A DNA stretch of 64,000 nt, taken from NCBI RefSeq assembly GCF_037042905.1, contig NC_087252.1, positions 10,356,001 to 10,420,000 on the forward strand, written 5' to 3'. Position numbers and translations under genes: made by a program. The DNA is from Lytechinus pictus. Its lineage: Eukaryota. The notes beneath the pieces were generated by a model that was not told where the DNA came from, did no database searches, and saw only the letters and a program-made list of their open reading frames with translations. Below, one piece after another: positions 13,758 through 25,024 of the stretch (its first letter is position 1; every line of letters begins with the position of its first letter).

Positions 13758-13929
13758 TTAGAGAGGAAACATATTCTGGAGGATCAGTATCTTCGGTTTC
13801 ACTCTTGTCATCGGATCTTTCTATCAAGGTGGGAGTTCGGTCACGGGTTACATCAAGCTGATAACGAGCGCTGTACGTAGCTCTGGAAGTCTCCGTTGTA
13901 ATCGGGGTTGGCGTCAATTCCTCAGCTGT
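13758..13929 (-). CDS. GSDME-like: Gasdermin exon 6 (TAEELTPTPITTETSRATYSARYQLDVTRDRTPTLIERSDDKSETEDTDPPEYVSSL)
   Basis: ttaactgcag acceptor, A|gtgagt donor, open 172 nt, phase 0-1. Confidence 0.7.
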
Positions 13930-13990
13930 CTGCAGTTAATGTACAAATGTGTTCACGGTTAATACCATGTAATGCTACTATCACACCAAC

Positions 13991-14420
13991 AAATGTATTG
14001 CTGTACACATGCGTGACCAAATTACTTAAAACCACCCCCATAAAACGAATTTTTCTCTGTGTGCAAATTAACCCCCTTAACTAGTTTTTCGCTGCTTTAT
14101 TTACACATTTTGGCCCCTAAACAAGTTGTCGCCAGAATATGACCCCGGGGAAAAAAATATACCCTAAACACGTTTGGCTAGTCTTCAAAAAAAAAAAGCT
14201 TTGGAAAAAACATACCCTAAATACGTTTGACCCCGCGATTGACCATTTACCAGTCTTTCAAAACCATCTTTCTTTCTTTTTTTTTGAAAATCGGTGTTTT
14301 TTGATACCCTTAACGAGTGCACGCGTGGCCCGCGTCCAAAACCGAAAAAATACCCCTTTAAACGCATTTTTTGGTCACGCATGTGTACAGCAATATATTT
14401 GACTGCCCCCCCCCCCCCCC
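13991..14420. mobile_element. Palindromic MITE (ATTGCTGTACACATGCGTGACCAA TIR)
   Basis: Inverted copies at about 13991-14020 and 14371-14400. Confidence 0.7.
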
Positions 14421-14553
14421 CCCGGGGGGCCACTTCCATTGGATACCATGCTTGATCATGGGGTTTCGAAAAGCACCCTAAACAAGTATTTTCCATTTTC
14501 TGAAAATGCACCCCGTAACCAGACAGTATTGGCGTGTGAAACCCCACCCTTAA

Positions 14554-15157
14554 AGGTCAAGTCCACCCCAGGAAAATACTGACTTGAATAAATAGAGAAA
14601 AATCAAACTAGCATAGTGCTGAAAATGTCATCAAAATCGGATGTAAAATAAGGAAGTTATGACATTTTAAAGTTTCGCTTAATTTCACAAAACAGTTATA
14701 TGCACATCCTGGCTGATATGCAAATGGAGAGACTATGACATCATCCATCGGCACTATTTCTTTTGTATTTTATTATGTGAAATATGAAATATTTTAATTT
14801 TCTCCTCATTGTCAAGTGATACAATGATTAATTCCTCCCTGAACATGTGGAATTAGCATTGTTTAATACTATATGGTTCAGTCAAGTTGGTCCTTATTTT
14901 CAAATCTATAAAAAAAAATGAAATATTGTATAATTCAAACAATAAAAAAAACAAAAGAAATAGTGAGTGATGGACATCATCGACAGACTCACCTAGTTGT
15001 GCATATCACTGTTTCGTGAGAAATAAGCGAAACTTTAAAATGTCATAACTTTCTTGCTTTACATCCGATTTTTGATGAAATTTTCAGCACTATGCTAGTT
15101 TGATTTTTCTCTATTAATTTTATTCAAGTCAGTATTTTCCTTGGGTGGACTTGACCT
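14554..15157. mobile_element. Kolobok-like MITE nested in a CCCGGG-terminus element starting near 14421
   Basis: TTAA at 14550-14553 and 15158-15161; long near-perfect TIRs; host motif CCCT(T)AAACAAGTA recurs on both sides. Confidence 0.85.
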
Positions 15158-17649
15158 TTAACAAGTATTGGAAACAAAACGGTACCCTTGGCTTGACAAG
15201 TATTCCCTGAATTGACCCCCTAAACAAGTACAACGATATCTTATTTGTCACGGACGTGATCACGGACGTCGGTTTTACCATGTTTACCTGTACTTTCAAT
15301 GGGTTATACCACCCCACACAGCTCGCTCAAATCGGACCCTAAAATAAATAATAAATAAATATTATAGGATTTGTAAAGCACACGTATCCACCTTGCTATA
15401 TAGGTGCTCAAGGCGCTCCTATGTTACCCCTATTACTATAAAACACGTAGAATTGCCTACGAAGACGGACACAGAGGTGACATAAATAGAGAACAGCAGA
15501 CGAACAAAGAACAAGATAAAAAGGGAAAAACACCTATCATGTTCATGGTTACAAAAAGTGCGAGAAGTGTAAAAAATGTTAGGTCAGAATATCAAAAACG
15601 TTATGCTAACGCATCGCGTTCGCGTTACTCGGTTGGTAAATATAGGGGAGACCAGGTTAAGTAACACGGGTAAATTGTTACATGAGCATTTACTTAAAAT
15701 ATGAACATGAGAGGGCATTGTAAGCTATATCACATCAAACAATATCTGCGTGTAATATCTGATGATGCCTGAACATTCTATGGAGAAGCTAGGTAAAAAA
15801 ATGAAACTCATTTTAACCTTAAACGAGTAAAATTTGCAAATATTCGATTTTGCTTTATTTGATCAAAACCAATTTTATCCTGCAATTGATGGGTATTTGG
15901 TTGAAAGAAGAATGTTTTGGCTATTTTTGATTGTGTGTGTGCGAGTGTAGCACCACCTGATATTTGAGTGTTTATTGAGCACATATGTTTTTAAGTTATT
16001 GATAACAAACTATCAAAAAACTATTGAAAACAAAAATATAACTCTATTGGCCACATGTGGGCGCAACTGTGACACACATCACTAATAGATACATTTCCTC
16101 AAACTAATCTTATTCTATTGTAATGTGGAAGTGTGTGGAAATTTGTAAAACGCTGATTTAAAAATTGTCAAATTCTAAGGGTTTTCACATTTTAAAACTG
16201 TTATCATACAATATTTCACCTATTTCATATTTCATTTCATATCAGGCCATAATAAGGCTTTGAGATATATTTTGTCGTCAATATCAATATTATACATATT
16301 GTGATCTTGGTAATATTCCCAATTATCTATTTTCAACACAAATTACTTTTATAAGTTTTCCCAGTAAACTGGCGTCATCACAGGTCGCCACCAAAGTTTT
16401 CTGTGCACCTGTGTATTCTTTTGTACTTCTTTAGAAATTCGAAGCAATGTGAATTAATTTGCATTCCGTTGTGACTCCATAATTTTTACCTTCATGTTAA
16501 ACAGATAAAGATATCTGTTGTCATAGAATGGCAATGAGATCGGAGTACCATTGTGATACAGGGATTATCACATAAAAGAAATCGAGGTATAAAATGAAAT
16601 TCTGATTGTATGACAAATATAAACAGTCTGTCCCCGTTTTAAGAAGTCGCATACCTCTTCTTCTGATTGTAGGTTTATACCGTCAGTGAAAAAAAAACTA
16701 CTGCTAAAAAGTAAAAGGCCGAACTCAGTGAAAGCCACCCCAATTTAGCCGGAAAATACCAGCCTATAGTAGATAGTGATATAAAGAAAGTTTCGTAAAA
16801 TGGTGTCGGGTGAGTGCTTCGAACAATAAGTAGCATGTTACCATGGAAACCTTCAAATCTTGAAAACCTAGAAAACGCGTTGGTAATTTTTGGATAAGTC
16901 CGAATAGATTGTACTACAGGACTTTAAATATCAGTTGAAGATCAGCCTGTGCTATTATTTTATTAATGGATGGTTAATGTATTAAAATATACTCATTAAG
17001 CATTTTTCATCTTTATAAAAAAATATATATATATCATTTAAGGGCATTAACGCCAATTTTGTGAATGAGCATTAACTCAAAAGCAAATAATCTTGGGTAA
17101 TTTCTGAAAATGAGCAAAATGAACAAAATTTTATATGTAACAAGCGTGCTGATAGGCCCACATACTCTAGACACGTCACTTATTTAATCACGTTTTGATT
17201 AATTTGTTACATCATTAAATCATGACGTCATTCATTAAAATACGTAAATGACTTGTTTGGTACGTCACAAAATCAAGACGCTATTAACTTCGTCGCGTAA
17301 TTATCTGCTTGATACGTCTCAAAACCGTGACGACAGTACACGCGTTTATCATGTTTATAGTTGGCTTTCCATAAGTGGATAAAGGTGAGTAGTCAGCGTG
17401 AGAAGTCAACACTTCCAGTCAACGAGTATACGTACGCGTTGTACACAATCGGAATCGGCCTATTTAAACCGGGGGTTGTGTCTAATATCTTTTTGATTTG
17501 ATTTGACTTTATTTTACATATATCACATATAAACATAATAAACTATGTAACATCAGAAGAATTAACCTGATATATAAATTAGACATGGCATCATTCATCT
17601 AAATTAGATAATACAGCGATTTTTAGATGGCAAAAGATCTGCAGTTTAC

Positions 17650-17723
17650 CTTCGGGTTCTCGTTCTCACTTGTTTCCTTAGAACATGTAGAATGTATTGG
17701 TCTTCTTGGGGTTACGGTGATAC
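17650..17723 (-). CDS. GSDME-like: Gasdermin exon 5 (SITVTPRRPIHSTCSKETSENENPK)
   Basis: ttttgcctttatag acceptor, AAG|gtaaac donor, phase 1-0 fits exons 4 and 6. Confidence 0.7.
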
Positions 17724-17914
17724 CTATAAAGGCAAAACAACAAATTTATTTGAAGGAGAATGAAACCCTTGGAAGATTAAAGTTATCCTGTGTGAAAATT
17801 ATAAACAGAAAATCAGATAATACTGATCTGGACGAGTTTGACTTGGAAAACGAGAACAAATTTATGACAATTTTCAGGAGGAGCAATTGTCTCAGAAGCA
17901 GATGCCATTGAAAC

Positions 17915-18303
17915 TCCTCATCATTATCATCAGCATCGTTACCACCGTCACTATCGTCATCATCATCACTGTCGACATCATCATCACCATCATTATCACC
18001 ATAATTATCATCATCAGCATCATTGTCATCACTATCATTATCCTCATCACTATCATGATCATCACCATCATCACCATACCATCATTATCATCATCATCAC
18101 CATACCATTATCATCATCACCATCACTATCATAATCACCATCATTATCATCATCAGCATCATTGTCATCATCACTATCATTATCCTCATCACTATCATTA
18201 TCATCACCATCATCACCATACCATCATTATCATCACCATCACTATCATTACCCTCATCACCATCATCATATCATCGTCATCATCATATCTTCGTCGTCAT
18301 CAT
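17915..18303. repeat. (CAT/CAC/TAT)n trinucleotide microsatellite in gasdermin intron 4
   Basis: Directly visible. Confidence 0.95.
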
Positions 18304-18356
18304 AAACACCGTCAGTCCATCATTATAATTTGGTATACCATGATTGACATACTTAC

Positions 18357-18546
18357 TTGGAGAGCTTTCTTGTTCAGGCTGAGAACGGTCTACGATCCGA
18401 TCCTCAGCATCCGTGCTTTCGGTCAAGGTGATACTATTATCAGGGTTTATAACAAGCTCACGAACGATGTAAGCTATGGGAGTCCCAGGAGCGATTTTCA
18501 TGGAGTTATTTTCCAATCCTCCACTATTTGGAGATTCATTTGCCAC
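18357..18546 (-). CDS. GSDME-like: Gasdermin exon 4 (...MKIAPGTPIAYIVRELVINPDNSITLTESTDAEDRIVD...)
   Basis: IAPGTPIAYIVRELVI matches the gasdermin N-domain terminal motif (human GSDME IPAATTIAYGVIELYV, recalled); ctttgcag / A|gtaagt splice sites, phase 0-1. Confidence 0.85.
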
Positions 18547-20162
18547 CTGCAAAGAAGATATCATTGAGGGTTACTTCTGTTATTTCAATCGTGAGCGGAT
18601 CCAGAACCCCACCGACCAAAACCAAATGACTTTATACTTGTTTGTCTTTCTTTGATTCCCTTACTTGTTAAGAATTCTTTACTTGAAAACGCTTCCCGTA
18701 TACGCTAAGTGGTGATGCCCTCTTCCCCTTTTTTATTTAGTTTCTCAGAATTTTGTGTCAGAAAATTTGCCCGCGTCTTGCAAATCTTGGATCCACTACA
18801 GCCACGAGCGCGTCCCAAAATGTCCCTCTGTTATACTGCTCAATTATCATGTATAATTCTCAATTAAATGTGCAAAACGAAAGTTTATTTTATGTTATGA
18901 TTCCTAAATTAGTAATAATGTCTGGCTTACGAGGTTTTGAATACACAATCTTTTATTTCTATTAATCATTAAATGAACTTCAGGCGATATGTTTCTTGCC
19001 CTTCAGAACATGATCAAGTTTGTGATTTGATGAGGCTGGTTAGATCAGGTGCCATGTCAGTGAAACCCAAATGGTTTAGGGTTACATTATTTGTCTTTGG
19101 GTTACTTGTAATGTATGGTTACATACTGGCGGCAACTTTTTATGAGAATATTTTGCCCTCCTTTTTTATTTGCCCTACATTTCATTAATATGTTTTTGTA
19201 TTTTGTCGAAACGTTTTATTTCTATACCTTAAGTATGTTTATTCATTTTTTTTTACAAGGAATGTAAATAAAATAAAATTGAATTAAATGAATATGATCG
19301 GTCGCTGGGGATAAGATAGCGGATTGAAATATATAGGACCAAGCAGGGCCTGGGACCAAGTCAGGGGACCAAAGAAGAAAGAAGGAACGCAAAGAACGTA
19401 ATACTGTACTAGACCATTTCATTTCTTAATTCATAATCTTTACGACAATTTTTTTTCTTCAGGTTTTTTTCTTCTTTTTTTACAGTAAATTGGGTGAGCA
19501 ACTACTGCCGTATAGCAGTAAACTACGGCATATCTTATTTTAGGGTATGAAAATTTCATATTCCTACAGAGACGCAATTGGGGGTAAAATGTGTTCTTTC
19601 TCCCTGGAACGTTGACGAAAAGGAATTTGCCATCTGTATAATAGTTCCTTTATTTGTTAACGATCCACATCCCTTTTTTGTATGTGTGGGTTTTGCTGCT
19701 TATGAAGGAGGATCGTTTCTTTGATTATTATTGTTATTTTCAATCGAGGTCTTTTCTATTAATCAAAGCATATTCGATTTTCATTCCAACGCTCCACCAA
19801 ACAGGCCTATATGAATAGAGCGACCAAAAATAGGCCTCGCGTTGCGGAACGTCGTTTCTGAACGTCAAGGTTAAAAACAATAATTCTTGAAGTTAAATCA
19901 ACCATTTAATTTGACCTTTTGCATCCAATAATCAAATTACTACGTTAAAATGAATTCGCCATGAAGCTATTTGCTTTCTGTTTGAATACTTCTTTTGTCA
20001 AGATTTCTTTCCCTTACATTCCTTTCATTACGAACTAGTCACCTATAAACCGATAGATAATTATGATAATCAAAACTGCGTGGAACATGAACTCACTGAA
20101 TATAATAATTCCCAGTTTATAATTTCATTTCGTCTCAGGAATAAGAATACACTCTCCTTATA

Positions 20163-20435
20163 TTAATCAGAGGGTTGTGTGTTCGAATCCCGCAGTGGCC
20201 TCGCGTCCTTTGGCAAGGTGTCAATCCACAATGTCTTTCACACTATATGCTCTCCAGATCCACCCAAATGCTAAATTAGGGTGTAAAAGTCACCGTATAG
20301 CGCGTCCGTCCAGCACCGTGCGCGCATCACATCGCGTTTGGCTGGATTCACTCCCCAAGGAGTGGAATGTGTGCTGAATTAACTGAGTGATTCAGATGAC
20401 TTGGTTAGTAATACTTATCTGTTAGCGCTTTGACT
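20163..20435 (+). mobile_element. tRNA-derived SINE fragment
   Basis: B-box GTTCGAATCCC followed by GCGTCCTTTGGCAAGG core-like domain and AGCGCTTTGA tail. Confidence 0.6.
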
Positions 20436-20801
20436 CACATTTTCGTCCTACAATCAAATTGGTATTTGCCGTAAGGTCTACACTACACTTTGTCTAATGC
20501 CCACTTAGCCCAATTTTCACTAAATAGTGGCCAAACAGTATGATTGCAACTTCTTTTACCTATTATTTTACATTTTGTCAAATGAAAATTTAGACTTAGG
20601 TATGTTAGACCAAGTGCAAATATATTTAAGACGAAATGGGTATAACCTAACTAGATTAGACAAAATGGAGAATGGGCAAAATGGAAATTCGACAAAAGGA
20701 TTTATAAGTATAGACATTGTAGACGAACTGGGATTGGAACACGAAGGATAAGCGGAAAGTAGACAAAGTGGGGGTAGACCAAGTGGCAGTTTATGTATTA
20801 C

Positions 20802-20916
20802 CATGTCTTGTCTTTGTTTCCAGTATAATTTAACGGCATCTTTGGTTGAAAATGACGTCACAATCACGTAAAGATTCTTCAGTCTGTTGGACAATACTCT
20901 CTTGTCGATTACTTTC
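20802..20916 (-). CDS. GSDME-like: Gasdermin exon 3 (RKVIDKRVLSNRLKNLYVIVTSFSTKDAVKLYWKQRQDM)
   Basis: LYVIVT..ST matches the gasdermin LyVvTe..T strand; ttttaacaacag / ATG|gtaata splice sites, phase 2-0. Confidence 0.85.
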
Positions 20917-21502
20917 CTGTTGTTAAAAAAATAAGAAGAAAACATGGAAGTCAACGCCTTTCTTTAAGTGACAAAACAAGGTTTGTTGTGGTTTACAAGA
21001 TGCGACATTAAATATGTTTATAGGCCTATATTCATAACAATTTCATCAAAGTGATGTTGACGTAGCATCGGCCTTCTTAATCAGCAATTAGTAATTTAAT
21101 TAGAACTATAATATCAGATTGACAGCATTTTTTCGATATTTAAATCAGGGGGGTTTTGCTGTCATACTGCTGTTGTTGTCGGGGTTTATTGGTATGCCGT
21201 AGGTTCCTTATGATATTCATGAAATAAAAAAATTGGCTATGATCATCGAAGTGTATTTTCAACGTTGTAATTTTTAGGGAAAAAAAAGTTCCCTGCATAC
21301 TTGATGATGGAATGCCTCAACTGAAAAAATAGTTTGTTTGTTTTTTGCTTCGCTTTCTCTGAATAAATTCGGTACATTAGGCTAACCCCCCCCCCCCCCG
21401 GCCCCGCACCGTGCATTCTTTTTTTTTTGCACGTTCCTCAAAATTGTATGTTATACAGATTCTTACCTTCCTGTGATTATTTTCGTAGCTGTTTTGGCTT
21501 AC

Positions 21503-21626
21503 CTTCCTTTGATTATTTTTCGTAACTGTTTTGGATCCAGGTCAATCCTAGCTATCCTCTTCCATCCGACTTTAGCCTTCCCACCCGCCGATAAGTTGAA
21601 ACTCCGAGTGTTGATCCTCAAATAAC
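21503..21626 (-). CDS. GSDME-like: Gasdermin exon 2 (GYLRINTRSFNLSAGGKAKVGWKRIARIDLDPKQLRKIIKGR); 5' boundary uncertain
   Basis: Resembles GSDME KVKLNLGG...FGTLRKQEVDLQQLIRDSAER; AG|gtaagc donor; stronger acceptors at 21662 and 21677 would add two in-frame TAA. Confidence 0.75.
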
Positions 21627-21696
21627 CTTTAAATTAATTGGATATTTTTTACATGATTTCATCTGCAAACCGTATCACTGCAGTACGCAGAATTTA

Positions 21697-22226
21697 TAGG
21701 CCAGGAGGCTCTTAGAGAGTAAAAATCATATACTAACGTATGCTTAATCTCCAAGGAGCCAGAGATTATATTGCATTCATCTACACGTACCGCCAAAAAA
21801 CCTCAAACTTTCGCCCCCGAGATTTCTACCCTCCTTCTAAAAGATCTAGCCCTAAATCATGTAAATGGGATTTAACTTCATTTCCGACATTTCTACGCTA
21901 TCGACTTTACTTTTAAACAAGAATTCATTAAATAAACGAGAAAAATGTTATAAAAAGACGTAAATACGGTGGCAAGTTTTCCCCGTTTTTTTCATAACAC
22001 TTTTCTCATTTTTTTAATGAATTCTTGTTTAAAATGAAATAGATATCGTAGAAATGTCGGATATGAAGTTATATCCCATTTACATGATTTAGGGCTAGAT
22101 CATTTAGAAGGAAAGTAGAAATCTCGGGGGCGAAAGTTTCAGGTTTTTTGGCGGTACGTGTAAATGAATGCAACAGAATCGCTGGCTCCGTTGAGAGTAA
22201 GATACGTTAGTAAATGATTTTTACTC
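21697..22226. mobile_element. Foldback MITE with about 250-bp arms in gasdermin intron 1
   Basis: GCCAGGAGGCT...AGCCTCATGGCTA; CTTTCGCCCCCGAGATTTCTAC mirrored by GTAGAAATCTCGGGGGCGAAAG. Confidence 0.8.
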
Positions 22227-22263
22227 TCAAGTAGCCTCATGGCTATCCCCCCCCCCCCCCCCC

Positions 22264-22300
<37 letters not shown>

Positions 22301-22419
22301 GTGAATTAATAATATCATGCTTGCGGAATTAATTTTCATGCAGATATTTATACATTGCCTCGTCCCAACATCTAGATGATAATAAATTAGCTCAATGTTC
22401 ACAATTTTCACAAACATGC

Positions 22420-22762
22420 CCAAAGTCGACATTAGCCTACACATAAAACTGTCTATGAAAATGTTCTTATTCTCACCTCTATCATTATTCGACGGTGGTT
22501 CGTCAACTGGTAGATCGTCAGTATTTTCCTCATCCTCTCCATCTAAAATGTCCGAAATTGTTTCTTTTTTAGGTTGTAGTTGAGCCCTCTCTGTGTCCCC
22601 TCTTTTTACAGCAAGGTGGTAAATGTTGCAGTGATGTGCCTGGCGTAAGCTCGGAGCAGCTTTTAGGTGGGATCTCTTTATTTTCCTCGTTTGGCGTAAA
22701 AACTTGACAAAGTCCTCACCCGCCTTTCCAAAAATGACTTCATTGTTTCTATTATAAGGCAT
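22420..22762 (-). CDS. GSDME-like: Gasdermin exon 1 (MPYNRNNEVIFGKAGEDFVKFL...HLKAAPSLRQAHHCNIYHLAVKR...TISDILDG...)
   Basis: Matches the gasdermin start (GSDME MFAKATRNFLREV..DLIAVSNLNDSDKLQLLSLVTKK..LTLGDVL, recalled); phase-1 donor is either G|gcatgt (22420) or T|gtaggc (22441). Confidence 0.85.
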
Positions 22763-23462
22763 GTTTTGTTAAAACTAATTAAAATTATGGTAGGTTGTGT
22801 TTGGACCAGATGTCGTCTCTACTTCGCTCTGACAGTAAAGTTACCAGGCCTATAATAGTCTAGGTGATTGGAGAAAAAAAATGTTCAGAAAATGGTAAAA
22901 GCATGAAAATTGGTACAAAGGTAGAGCAAGTTATTCTAAACACTTTTAGCAGGGAGTGCCAACGTGAATTTGCCAAATATAGCAACGGTTGCTAGGTAAC
23001 ATATTTATCTTAGTAACTGAGCCTTATTGGGCTTAAGTAACATTTTCATGAGCGATGTGTTGCATGAATTTTAACCTAAAGCATGTTCCTTTGTATCACG
23101 ACAGTTTTAATCCATTTATTCATAGCAACGGCTGCTAAGGGACCATTTTCCATAGCAACAAATTGTTTATCATTGTTCAGATGAATATGATCAATATGAT
23201 TTACTCAGAATAGCTCAGAAATTAAATCTGGCCCATAGATTCCTCATGTGATGATTTTTTACTTAGGTAGACCTAATAAGCACCATATCAACGGTTGCTA
23301 GGTAACATTTTTTCCACAGTAACCAATTCTAATAGGGTTTTTTTTTATGATCATAATTTATATGAACCTTATCTTTTCTATTCAAGCATAAATACATTAA
23401 TCACAACAACCCAGGAACAATTAGGCTTATACCATGTATACACGCCCATGCAAAAATACCAG

Positions 23463-23617
23463 GAGCCCGTTGCATAAAACTTTTTACCTGAGAAAACTCA
23501 GGTTGTTTTTACCTAAATTTTTGCCCTGTGTTAAAGTCAATGGCAAAACTCAGACTAACCTTAGTTTTCAGTTTTTACCAGAGTTTTCTCAGGTAAAAAG
23601 TTTTATGCAACAGGCCC
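23463..23617. mobile_element. Harbinger-like hairpin MITE, CAG TSD
   Basis: GTTGCATAAAACTTTTTACCTGAGAAAACTC mirrored at the right end. Confidence 0.75.
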
Positions 23618-25024
23618 CAGATGATGTAAGTAACATGTTTTCTTTAGCAACCAATGGTTAAAGGTCTTACGGTAAGATTATTGATAGAGGTACCAATAGA
23701 TGCTTAAAAACGTAAAATATTGCACAAATTAAACTACCTCATGATATGAGTCATATTTCCATAGACGATGTATATTGGTTCCATATTATTAGTATAGTAA
23801 TGCTTGCTGCATGTTAAGAAAACTCACCTTAACATCAATTTTTCTCTATTTGGAAACCATAATTATCATGGATTAACATGAACACATGTAAGAGATCGAC
23901 CATCGATTTAAATTATTTGGTGTCTTTCATAGCAAAGGGTACTTTGTTAATGTATGTTATTACTATATGATTTAGTTAAACATTTATCATTGAATGATAA
24001 TAGACCTCATGATTATTTATCTGATTGATAGACAATGGAGGTAGAATTATATACCTCCAATAAATCTTTGCATGTCCAACTCAAAACTCAGATGGAAATG
24101 AATTTGCTGATTGCACTATCACCTGATATAATGACCTTATGAGGAAAAATGTCTCTTACACTCTGATTGACGAACAATTCATTGTTACACCGAAGATGAT
24201 GATGGCTGTAACTTTCTTAATGAATTCCCCTGTTGCCTCTAATATTCTTTGTCGAGCATAATGCGTGCTTCACAGTGGGTTTTGCTTTTCCCTACTTATA
24301 ATCAATCCAGAGAGTCTTAACATAAATTTTGGACTAGAAATTATGCCTAACTCTGTCATGTCTGTGAAGGCATGTGCGACACATAAAATATACGTTCTAT
24401 TCATTTCGCTAGAATTGTACCCAAAGTCCCAAACTACTGGAAACTGCACAGTTGTACATTATGTAAATATTTTTTCTTCATTATCTAGATTGAAACTATT
24501 GCAAAATAAATGACTCAACTGTCCAGTATTATATTCAAATAAAAAAGGAGCAACATACATACAGACAATGATGCTTGAGCTGTTTCAGGTCTACTGCACA
24601 TGCTATACAGTGCATATACAGGAAATGATTCTTGTCGCTGTTTCAGGTCTACTGTACATATATTCAAGTCAGTCAATATGATATCAAAATTGTACTGACA
24701 AGTGCGTGTGCATTACTCGCCATTACTTCCCAAGAAGGTTTGTCATTTAATTGGGAGCGATTAGTTAATATCAATAAAATTTCAGCTTTCCTTTTCCCTC
24801 AAGCATGTCAAGGTTCGGTGTCTTTCCGAGCTAGTGTTCCATGCTACATCCACTACAATATCCTGTTTCATTTTCATAACAAGAGAGATCCTATTTGCAC
24901 ATTCAATGACCCAATGATGATTCTTGTCTGTGTGTTAGCTTTGTCATGTGTGAGTAAAAAAGTATGCAAAAATAATACAATTATGTATATCGAAATAAGG
25001 TTTGCTACCTAGATAAAATTATTA

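Noticed and set aside
17887..18567. 226-aa His/Ile-rich ORF on the + strand
   Set aside because: (CAT)n microsatellite plus the antisense of gasdermin exon 4
20163..20200. Possible tRNA gene (B-box)
   Set aside because: No complete cloverleaf; continues into SINE body
22139..22419. C-terminal part of the 207-aa ORF (poly-F, poly-G)
   Set aside because: Read-through into gasdermin intron 1 homopolymers and a MITE
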